Below, in pieces: positions 25,001-37,000 of a stretch of DNA of 64,000 nucleotides (position 1 is its first letter; each line of letters begins with the position of its first letter). A program made the translations under genes and the position numbers. The stretch spans positions 9,238,001 to 9,302,000 of the forward strand of contig NC_047021.1 of assembly GCF_902652985.1 (NCBI RefSeq), written 5' to 3'. Source of the DNA: Pecten maximus (Eukaryota). The notes under the pieces were generated by a model. That model was not told the origin of the DNA, searched no databases, and was given only the letters and a program-made list of their open reading frames with translations.

Positions 25001-28000
25001 ATTAATCCCAGGGTATTCCTGTCTCTGATCAGGGTATTCCTGTTTAATACCGATACATTAATCCCAGGGTATTTCTGTCTCATCAGAATGAGATTATCAC
25101 AACCTATTCCAGGGTAGCCAACCTGTAAGTAGCCGGGAGATCTCCCACATTGGGCTCTTCCAATGTGTGAGACTTTTTTATGACGTCGCGGCATCACAGC
25201 GTTTTATTAAAAATATCAGACATTAACAGATATTTAAGTCATTTATTCAATATATCTTCTTGCTTTGAAATCTCCTCCTTTGGAGCAAGGTGATAGTCAA
25301 TAATTTCCTCTTCAAGTGAATCCTTCTCATCCTTGGTGACATTACATGTAATCTAGCTGCCAGTTGTAGAACTTAAAGAACTAAATAAGTTTCCAATAGT
25401 TTTGTAAGTTGATAATTAATAGTTTTATTCAATAGTTAAGGGGTAAGATAATTAGATTATAAAATGTTTTGAAGCAATGGATAACTGTTCTATTTATATT
25501 ATGTAGGCATTTGAGATTTTTGGATTTAATTTCTAGTAGATAAAGTATATAGCTCTATGGCTAGGTACCATAAAATCCATGTCAAAGAAGGAATATGTAG
25601 GGGGAACTTTGCAATCATTTTGTCCGTCACTGCCATATAGTTTTGAATTATCTGTCAAGAGTTTAATTTCTAGTTGTGGTAATTATATAAACTTTTACCT
25701 GAAAAACCAACTGACAAAATGTGGCGTTTTATATCATATACTGCGCTTGATCTGATCGAAAAGTTAGCTTTAAACAACTTGCAATAGGCATGCTCATTTC
25801 CGAAAACACTTTTAGAAATCCAATCGTGATTTTTTCCCCGTGGCCATGGCGATTCTTTGAACTTGGCGAGCTTAGTGGACCAGATAGCGATCTTTTTCCT
25901 TTTAGGCGACGGCATATTTCACGAGATATCAAAGGGATTGTTCAGTTATAAACTGAGAATGTGAATATTACTCACTATTTCATGTAGGCCTAAGCTTAGT
26001 TATCGCTTTCAGAAGTCGGCTCTCCGAACGTGCTTCCGTCGCTACCAACCGGACGTGAAGCGCAACGCCTGGTGTATTCTTTACAAAAACTGTAAGAGTT
26101 ATTCCCCTTTGAACAGTCCCAAGCTAAAGTTGTCGATTTCATGGCTTCGCATGAGCCGACATAAGAAAACTTTATCGATGTGTGAGATTTGTACATCACG
26201 TTACGTGAGGATTGCTTCAACGTGAGAAGGGACATTTTAGGGACGTTTTTTACGTGAGTTTTTTGTCTCATGTGAGTGAGTTGGCAACCCTGCTATTCCT
26301 GTGAATGATATTATCCCAGCCTATTCCTGTGAATGATATTATCCCAGCCTATTCCTGTGAATGATATAATCCCAGCCTATTCCTGTGAATGATATAATCC
26401 CAGCCTATTCCTGTGAATGATATCATCCCAGCCTATTCCTGTGAATGATATTATCCCAGCCTATTTCTGTGAATGATATAATCCCAGCCTATTCCTGTGA
26501 ATTATATAATCCCATCCTATTCCTGTGAATGATGTAATCCCAGCCTATTCCTGTGAATGATATAATCCCAGCCTATTCCTGTGAATGATATCATCCCAGC
26601 CTAATCCTGTGAATGATATAATCCCAGCCTAATCCTGTGAATGATATAATCCCAGCCTATTCCTGTGAATGATATAATCCCAGCCTATTCCTGTGAACGA
26701 TATAATCCCAGCCTATTCCTGTGAATGCTATTATCCCAGCCTATTCCTGTGAATGATATAATCCCAGCCTATTCCTGTGAATTATATAATCCCATCCTAT
26801 TCCTGTGAATGATATAATCCCAGCCTATTCCTGTGAATGATATAATCCCAGCCTATTCCTGTGAATGATATCATCCCAGCCTAATCCTGTGAATGATATA
26901 ATCCCAGCCTATTCCTGTGAATGATATAATCCCAGCCTATTCCTGTGAATGATATAATCCCAGCCTATTCCTGTGAATGATATAATCCCAGCCTATTCCT
27001 GTGAATGATATTATCCCAGCCTATTCCTGTGAATGATATAATCCCAGCCTATTCCTGTGAATGATATAATCCCAGCCTATTTCTGTGAATGATATAATCC
27101 CAGCCTATTCCTGTGAATGATATAATCCCAGCCTATTCCTGTGAATGATATAATCCCAGCCTATTTCCTTCTGATGAGGAAATGGTATAATCCCAATGTA
27201 TAACTCCATCTAAATAAGAATAGTATAACTACTCCATCTAAATAAGTATGGTATAACTCCATCTTAATAAGTATGGTATAACTCCATCTAAATAAGAATG
27301 GTATATTTCCATCTAAATAAGTATGGTATATCTCCATCTAAATAAGAATGGTATAACTCCATCTAAATAAGTATGGTATAACTCCATCTAAATAAGTATG
27401 GTATAACTCCATCTAAATAAGTATGGTATAATTCTATTGATAAGAATGGAATAATTGCAGCCTTTTCTCCTGTGTGATAAATACAAACTAATCCTCACCT
27501 ATTCCTGTGTGATAAGATTGGTTAATTATCAGGTAGCAGGTATTTTTTGTGGTATATGTGATAATGATACATTATGAGAAATTTATATTGAATCGACACG
27601 TAGATATTTATCTGAAGTATCCACTGTGTCAATCAATATGTAGCCAGTGAAATGCTGATGGTTTAAGATGAGATTTACCGGGAGTCTTGTGTCTAATTAT
27701 CAGCCATGTTAATACTGATATCATGGCAGATCTGCCTGTAGATGGATCAGGCAATGATGAGTTTCCCTTGTACCTTTGTCCGGCACGTGTCACCTACCAA
27801 TAGCGCTGAATTAGATTGTATCATTCTAGTCTAGACGTGACAAAAGGTGGGAGCGAGTGTCACATGTTATGGAAGCACTGGTTTCTCTCTCTTCCTCACA
27901 ATGTAGGTTATAGCGTACTTATCTTGGCGAGGCTGTTGATGTCCTTTTAAGACTTTAATGCCTAGAGCCAGGAAATGTCGACTACGTGACAACAAATAGG

Positions 28001-31000
28001 TGTAGCTGTTTATACATGTCGGAGGACATGTTACTACTGTCTCGTTATCAACAGTGTGTCGCATCCTTACATCTTGTTTATGGTGATGCTGATTGTTGCA
28101 ATATTGTAAAGTCTGGCAACATTATCTATCTTCGTTATTTTTTTAGCTTGACCTGAAACAAAAACATGCTTGTTAGTTTTGTTTCCTGAAATCACAGGCG
28201 TCTGTCTCTGGTTAGTAGCTATAGTAAAACATATGAGTCCCTTCTCCTACGATATCAACAAGTTGTAGCTATAGATATCAACAAGTTGTAGCTATAGATA
28301 TCAACAAGTTGTAGCGCTTGAAGAGTTGGAAGTGGGGGATGAGCTTTGATTCACTTTGAATTTAAGTTAAATCCAACTAAAATATCACAAACTTCAGTAA
28401 CATACCTTGGTTTAGAATCTTTAAATAGGTATCAAGCCATGTTATTCTTTTGTCGTGTGACAACGATTTAAAGATGAAAAAATGGATGAAAAGTTGTTGG
28501 GATAGCTGACAATGCATCAACTTTGGAACAGAAGTATCATGTATATTTTAGAGAGATATGCAAGGGGCAATCTGATTGGTCGATAGCTCTATAAACAATT
28601 CTTACTATAATTGTTGACCAATCAATAGCCTACTTCTGTTCCACTGTCGATGCAATGTCTGATCTTAAAAGTAGCGGGGCTAATATTTTGTTCTATGAAT
28701 ACTTACTAGAAGCAGATGCTTGTGCTTAAATGAATTCCAAATTCACATTTATCACAAAAAGTAATTCCTAAGATTTATACCCACCTTAACCTGGATTTCA
28801 CCTAGATATACCCACCTTTACCTGGATTTCACCTAGATTTACCTACCTTTAACTGGATTTCACCTAGATATACCCACCTGTAACTGGATTTCACCTAGAT
28901 TTACCCACCTTTACCTGGATTTCACCTAGATATACCCACCTTTACCTGGATTTCACCTAGATTTACCCACCTTAACCAGGATTTCACCTAGATTTACCCA
29001 CCTTTACCTGGATTTCACATAGATATACCCACCTTAACCAGGATTTCACATAGATTTACCTACCTTTAACTGGATTTCACCTAGATTTACCCACCTTTAC
29101 CTGGATTTCACCTAGATTTACCCACCTTTACGTGGATTTCACCTAGATTTACCCACCTTAACCTGGATTTCACATAGATATACCCACCTTAACCTGGATT
29201 TCACCTAGATTTACCTACCTTTACCTGGATTTCACATAGATATACCCACCTTAACCAGGATTTCACATAGATTTACCTACCTTTACCTGGATTTCACCTA
29301 GATTTACCCACCTTTACCTGGATTTCACCTAGATTTACCCACCTTTACCTGGATTTCACCTAGATATACCCACCTTTACCTGGATTTCACCTAGATTTAC
29401 CCACCTTTAACTGGATTTCACCTAGATATACCCCCCTTAACCAGGATTTCACATAGATTTACCCACCTGTAACTGGATTTCACATAGATTTACACGATGG
29501 GTGTCATGATCATGAAGCAGAAAACTCTTCAGGAACACATGGTCATATGAGTTCCCTACCAATGAAACCGGGGGACTTTAGGCTTCCTCTCTGTCCATCT
29601 GTCTTCTTTGTTCGTCCATGTGTTTTCTGCACTTTTCTCGGCCATACTGAATTAAAGGCATGTCGGTGAAAGCTGGAGTGTAACTTCAGCATGAGTAGCT
29701 ACAGATCAAGTTCGAGTTTCGGGGATTTGGGGTCAAGGTCAGGGTCACTGTTACTATTTTTAGCCGATGCCAGTAGAGGACATGTATTGCTTTAGCAATC
29801 AGCATACTTGAACACCTTTATTGTACTTTTATAAGAGTCTCCATACCAATCTATCTTTCATTCATATTTGGTCCTCCTGTTATTGATTTGCGTTAGAAAT
29901 AAGGTTTTGTTAGCTCACCTGGACCGAAGGTCCGGTGAGCTTATGTCATGGCGCGGCGTCCGTCGTCTGTCGTCCGTCGTCCGTCGTCCGTCGTCCGTCA
30001 ACATTTGCTTCAAATCGCTACTAGTCAAAAAGTTATTATTGGATTTTGACCAAATTTAGTCAGAAACATCCTTGGCAGAAGGGGATCAGATTTTGCATAA
30101 ATGGTGACTCTGACCCCCAAGGGGCCTGAGGGGCGGGGCCCAATAGGGGAAATTGAGGCAATTCCTTTAAATCGCTACTTGTCATAAAGTTATGAATGGA
30201 TTTTAATCCAATTTGGTCAGAAACATCCTTTGGGGAAGGGGAACAGATTTTGCATAAATGGTTACTCTGACCCCCAAGGGGCCAAAGGGGCGGGGCCTAA
30301 TGGGGAAATAGAGGTAATTCCTTTAAATCGCTACTTGTCATAAAGTTATGAATGGATTTGAACCCAATTTGGTCAGAAACATCCTTTGGGGAAGGGGAAC
30401 AGATTTTGCATAAATGGTTACTCTGAGCCCCAAGGGGCCAAAGGGGCGGGGCCTAATGGGGAAATAGAGGTAATTCCTTTAAATCGCTACTTGTCATGAA
30501 GTTATGAATGGATTTGAACCCAATTTGGTCAGAAACAGCCTTCAGGGAAGGGGAACAGATTTTGCATAAATGGTTACTCTGACCCCCAAGGGGCCAAAGG
30601 GGCGAGGCCTAATGGGGAAATAGAGGTAATTCCTTCAAATCGCTACTAGTCATAAAGTTATGAATGGATTTGAACCCAATTTGGTCAGAAACATTCTTGG
30701 GGGAAGGGGAACAGATTTTGCATAAATTGTGACTCTGACCCCCAAGGGGCCTGAGGGGCGGGGCCGAATAGGGGAAATTGAGGTAATTCCTTTAAATCAC
30801 TACTTGTCATAAAGTTATGAATGGATTTAAACCAAAATTGGTCAGAAACATTCTTATGTGAAGGGGAACAGATTTTGCATAAATGGTGACTCTGACCCCC
30901 GAGGAGCCAAAGGGGCGGGTCCCAATAGGGGAAATAGAAGTAATTCCTTTAAATCGCTACTAGTCATGAAGTTATGAATGGATTTTGACCCAATTTGGTG

Positions 31001-34000
31001 AAAACATTCTTGGGGGAAGGGGAACAGATTTTGCATAAATGGTGACTCTGACCCCCAAGGGGCCTGAGGGGCTGGGCCCAATAGGGGAAATTGAGGCAAT
31101 TCTTTAAAATCGCAACTTGTCATAAAGTTATGAATGGATTTGAACACAATTTGGTCAGAAACATCCTTCAGGGTAGGGGGACAGATTTTGCATAAATGGT
31201 TACTCTGACCCCCAAGGGGCCAAAGGGGTGGGGCCCCATATGGGAAATAGAGGTAATTCCTTTAAATCACTACTAGTCATAAAGTTATAAATGCATGTTG
31301 TAAACTCAGAGAGTCTGGACTTCATTATTTCTTTAAAGCAGTTGGGATCCCTACGCTATAACCATATATAGCATTGTTTGAGGTTAACAAACAAAAGGAA
31401 TTGAACATGAACATTATTTTGACATTTGGTCAAATCCAACCAGGTGAGCGATACAGGCCCCATGGGCCTCTTGTTTCAATGTCGGTATCTGTGATGTTTA
31501 TGCTGATTGATGTTATGTCAAAAGAAGAACCACCATGAAATATGCGATAAGGTTGAATCCAAATAAAATATTATGTTATTGAAAGGTGATGTTTTATTTC
31601 CTGGTTAAAGCAGTCTCACTTCAGCACTCACATTTGTGTAACCTTACATTGCCTAATTGACTGTTACATTCATAGAAACACAAACAGGCCATAAAGAAAA
31701 CCAAGTTTGTTAGAAGCTTGCATCAAGTTTCAAATTCCCTCTTTTATTTTCACACAGGGTTTGGTGAATTCCTGGATCCTGCCACCTTTCCCATGTCAAC
31801 CAGAATCAAATTTACATCTAAATTTTATTCAAAATGATAGATATGCAGCGGCAATGTTTCCATCACAGTAATGTAATCAGTTTCTCCTGTAATTCGTTTA
31901 GTCTCAATATTTCAAGCGAACTCATCAACGCGATGAAACATAATTGCACAATTACTGTTGAAACATTTGGTGAACATATAACGCAGTAACGTGTACCAAG
32001 TTTCCATCAATATCATTTCAATAAATGGATTAAAGTTTTAAGCTTCAAGGATGCAGAATGAAGCACATTTAAAGAACAAGTTGTTTCCATTAATGCATTA
32101 TAAAATACACCACTCCTGGGGTTCAGTGAATGAATGAGTTTGTAGGGATGGTGATTTTTTGCTTGTGTATAAATTGTACCGATCTTTGTGTCAGCTGGAA
32201 TGAGTGTCTGATGACACCACAGTGAGGCTGACTTGTCACTTCCTGTCTATTGAGTTGGCTGTGGATATGTATCTTATCTGACATGCTTCTCTATTTCATT
32301 CAGCACTTTCATGAAATTGGACACTATTGCTATCTACTGCAGATTTGAAGATGGTTTGCTTGCAAATTAATTTACAAATGTAACAATATTGGTAAGCTGG
32401 AATATGTTTTCAAAAGTGCTTCAAATATTCTCAACAAAGAATAAAAGATGGTTATAATTGCATTCAAAAAAGAGGATTTAGATCAGTTTAATTCTTGCTA
32501 TAATTAAGTGATAGAATCATACCAGCTTAAGATTGATCATATGAAACATAAATCCTCTAAATAGACATGGAACTTTAGTAATCCAGACAATATTCTTTTA
32601 TTAATTGTGAAGATCTGGTAAGGGCATTCGGTTAGTGAACTGAGGTTTCATTCAAACATATAATTAGGTCTTTTGAGATGCTTTCTTTAGTAGGTCTCTT
32701 GGCTATGATTTAAAAAATCAGCTCCATATGATAGCCCAGGTCTTACAAGATAGTGTCTGTCACAAGATGGCAGTCTTAATATACTCTCTGTCACAAGATA
32801 GCAGTCTTAATATACTCTCTGTCACAAGATAGAAGTCTTAAGATACTCTCTGTCACAAGATGGCAGTCTTAATATACTCTGTCACAAGATGGCAGTCTTA
32901 ATATACTCTCTGTCACAAGATAGAAGTCTTAAGATACTGTCTGTCACAAGATGGCAGTCTTAAGATACTGTCTGTCACAAGATGGCAGTCTTAAGATACT
33001 CTCTGTCACAAGATAGCAGTCTTAAGATACTCTCTGTCACAAGATAGCAGTCTTAATATACTCTCTGTCACAAGATGGCAGTCTTAAGATACTGTCTGTC
33101 ACAAGATGGCAGTCTAAAGATACTGTCTGTCACAAAATGGCAGTCTTAAGATACTCTCTGTCACAAGATTGCAGTCTTAAGATACTGTCTGTCACAAGAT
33201 GGCAGTCTTAAGATACTGTCTGTCACAAGATAGCAGTCTTAAGATACTCTCTGTCACAAGATGGCAGTCTAAAGATGCTGTCTGTCACAAGATGGCAGTC
33301 TTAAGTTACTCTGTCACAAGATGGCAGTCTTAAGATACTCTCTGTCACAAGATAGAAGTCTTAAGATACTCTCTGTCACAAGATGGCAGTCTTAAGATAC
33401 TGTCTGTCACAAGATGGCAGTCTTAAGATACTGTCTGTCACAAGATGGCAGTCTTAAGATACTGTCTGTCACAAGATAGCAGTCTTAAGATACTCTCTGT
33501 CACAAGATAGAAGTCTTGAGGTACTGTCTGTCACAAGATGGCAGTCTTAAGATACTCTCTGTCACAAGATGGCAGTCTTAAGATACTCTGTCACAAGATG
33601 GCAGTCTTAATATACTCTGTCACAAGATGGCAGTCTTAAGATACTCTTTGTCACAAGATAGCAGTCTTAATATACTCTCTGTCACAAGATGGCAGTCTTA
33701 AGATACTGTCTGTCACAAGATGGCAGTCTTAAGATACTGTCTGTCACAAGATAGCAGTCTTAAGGTACTGTCTGTCACAAGATGGCAGTCTTAAGATACT
33801 TTCTGTCACAAGATAGAAGTCTTAAGATACTCTCTGTCACATGATGGCAGTCTTAAGATACTCTGTCACATGATGGCAGTCTTGAGGTACTGTCTGTCAC
33901 AAGATGGCAGTCTTAAGATACTCTCTGTCACAAGATGGCAGTCTTAAGGTACTGTCTGTCACAAGATGGCAGTCTTAATATACTTTGTCACAAGATGGCA

Positions 34001-37000
34001 GTCTTAAGATACTGTCTGTCACAAGATAGCAGTCTTAAATACTGTCTGTCACAAGATGGCAGTCTTAAGATACTGTCTGTCACAAGATAGCAGTCTTAAT
34101 TACTGTCTGTCACAAGATGGCAGTCTTAAGATACTTTCTGTCACAAGATAGCAGTCTTAAGATACTCTCTGTCACAAGATAGCAGTCTTAAGATACTCTC
34201 TGTCACAAGATGGCAGTCTTAAGATACTCTCTGTCACAAGATGGCAGTCTTGAGGTACTGTCTGTCACAAGATGGCAGTTTTAGGGTAATTTCTGTAACA
34301 CAAGGTCTATTCTCACATTTGCAGTCTATTGATTCTGCCAGGATATAAAGAGCTGCTTCAATGACATGGTCCTATGCTTAAAGGTCTACTTGAGCCTCAT
34401 TGTACATCCTTATGTACACTTGATATATTTATATAGGTAATAAAAGAGAAAACAAAACAGTACAAAACAATGTCTATAGTGTGATGTCACTGCAGTCAGT
34501 TGTTAGTTAGGAATACATTATTTGCATGGAAGTTTTCTGTTCAGAATAGAGGACAGTTGTGACAAATAGGTATGATTATTTGAAATTTCTGATATATTTT
34601 CAGCTTGAGGGGGAATGAAGGTCACTGGGGATGGGCAAAACGCCAAGCTAAATGTTGAACATCAGTTCCATTTCTATCACAGTGGGAGTAAGGACACATC
34701 TGTTTTCTAGTTTATTTGACATCTAGAATGATTTGTTTTACCTGCAGCTCTTCTAGTTTGACATTCTTTATTTCAGCCAATGCCAAGACTGTACCATAAT
34801 GGGCCAGGGTTTAAATATATAGTTTCCTGGCGACCCAAAGGGAGCACATACTGGAATGAAAAAGAAGTTCGAAATGCAAATGCTAAACAATTGGAAATAG
34901 ATGTAACAGACATATATGGCCTTTACGAGATTATGGTAAAGTCTGGAAATGATATAGGAGATTCTTTCCAACCTCCGTTCATCAGACTGGGTTATTCTGG
35001 CGAAGCAGGTGAGTGAAAAATAAAGGACATGTAACAGTGTCACCAAAGGTGTTTTAGAACTCAATAACTACGCGTCGTTAATTAACAGACAAATCTTGTC
35101 AGATTATCAAGGTTCTGTTAAGGTGCTGACCTCAGTGGACTCCTAGGCTCTTCAGAATTGAGTTTAAAATGTTAGAAAAAGTCTGGTATATGAAGGTCAG
35201 GTCACTTTTTATGAGCCCAGCATATCTATCCTTAGTATCACAACAGTGATCACTCATTATCAGTGATATCTTCCCCATATCAGCAGTGATACAGCACAAT
35301 ATTTTCTTCTTTTTCAGATCCAATAGTTTCTCCAAAAGATTTTCGACTTGATCCAACACAGCCAATAGAAGCACATACAGCAAATTTTATCTGGGAGTCT
35401 GTAGATACATCCGAGGAAAAAATACGTGGAAAATTCAGAGGATATAAAGTAGGTCAAATATACCTGTCTTTGGATCACAATGGAAGATATTTTTCTAATC
35501 AAAAATATCTTAATACATTTTATGGGCATCGATGTTGATGAATATTTCAATATACATCAAACCATATTAATTGATCACAATGTATGGTGTACGAGTAACA
35601 TATGACATCGATACTCCCGATCTTTTATAAGGTTTCAGAATGTAAATGAATACTTAATTGATAGTGTTATGGTTGTTAACTGCTGTCATCCTGTGTAAGG
35701 CTCAGTATTGACGGTAACACATGGTCATTAATACCTTGTCACTTTGATCGAGGTTCCCTCTCCTTTTCTCATCAAAATAAGCTTTCAAACGGCAAAATTT
35801 CAGAGGGCACTGAATTTATTACTGATTTGTTACAAAACCAAAGGCACACAGATAATACATTAATCTCCGAAAAAACAACACGAAAACCAGGAGAATATAG
35901 CGTTCCAAAGCATCAGCCAAATGAACTTTTCAAATTAAATATCGACAAAGAATCATTTCTGTTGAGATATTCATCATTGCACTTTGCCGTACTTTGAATC
36001 ATGGTTTGATCCAGTCAATGCCATGGAGGAAAATTGCTGCCATCACAAATGTGAATTTGCAATAACTTAGATTTGCACAAACACCAAACAAAGCTTTAGG
36101 ATTGCAGTGTGGGATTAGCTGTTATGTTACAAATGGAATGTATTTTAATTTCTCTGTGATATTAAAACCAGTAATTTAGAGTTTTATCACATTAGAGATT
36201 TCATAGAAATTGAAAGCAGGTCATTTTATTACATGCTGTTAATGCACTTAAATTCTAGGAATATTTTTTGACTGAAAAATGCATTTTGGGTATAATTTGT
36301 CTTTACTTCAAATTGACACTTTATCCTGACTCCTCTGTTAAAAGAAAAATGTCAGTTCCATTAAATTGGCCTTCTGTCCTTCTACTATAGGTGACAATGT
36401 ACTGATCCATGCTATGTGTAGATCAGAAAGTTAGTCTTGGATGTTTGAACTTTAAGGTTTCAAAATTTGCTTGGTATCTCCAAATACCCTTAATGAATGT
36501 CTGTTTGAAGTGCTGTCAACATCCTAGAAGAGGATGTGCTTCTTAGTGCTATTTTAAGAGATTTTTTACTTTGTTCCCAATTAGAAAGCAAGGTATACAT
36601 ACAAGTACAAATTTAGAAACCCTTAAATGAAAGTTTCTGTTAAATCAGCTATCATTCTGTTAAATCAGCTATCATACTGTTACAAGCAGTCAAAGCTTCC
36701 TGTCTGGATATGTCGGCATGACAGCACTATAAAATGGCCCTTCAATAGCCTCATAATAACCAAAGCATTTGTGTTCTTATTTATGTTGTGGTGATTCGTG
36801 TAGCCTTGAGTCGACATTCTTACAGTGATCACATTCAGCTTAATGCATGTTTGACCTGGTTTGGACCTCCAAAAGATTTACCAGTGAACTAACTAGCTTA
36901 TACACCTAACTGCTTTTTTTAGTTACGATATTGGAAGTCCAGTGAAGGTCGACATAAATGGAAGGAAGTGGATGTAGTTGTGGAAACAACAGAGGGCTAC

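Noticed and set aside
27171-27190. CTGATGA..GAAA hammerhead ribozyme core
   Set aside because: There is no stem II between the motifs and no flanking helices.
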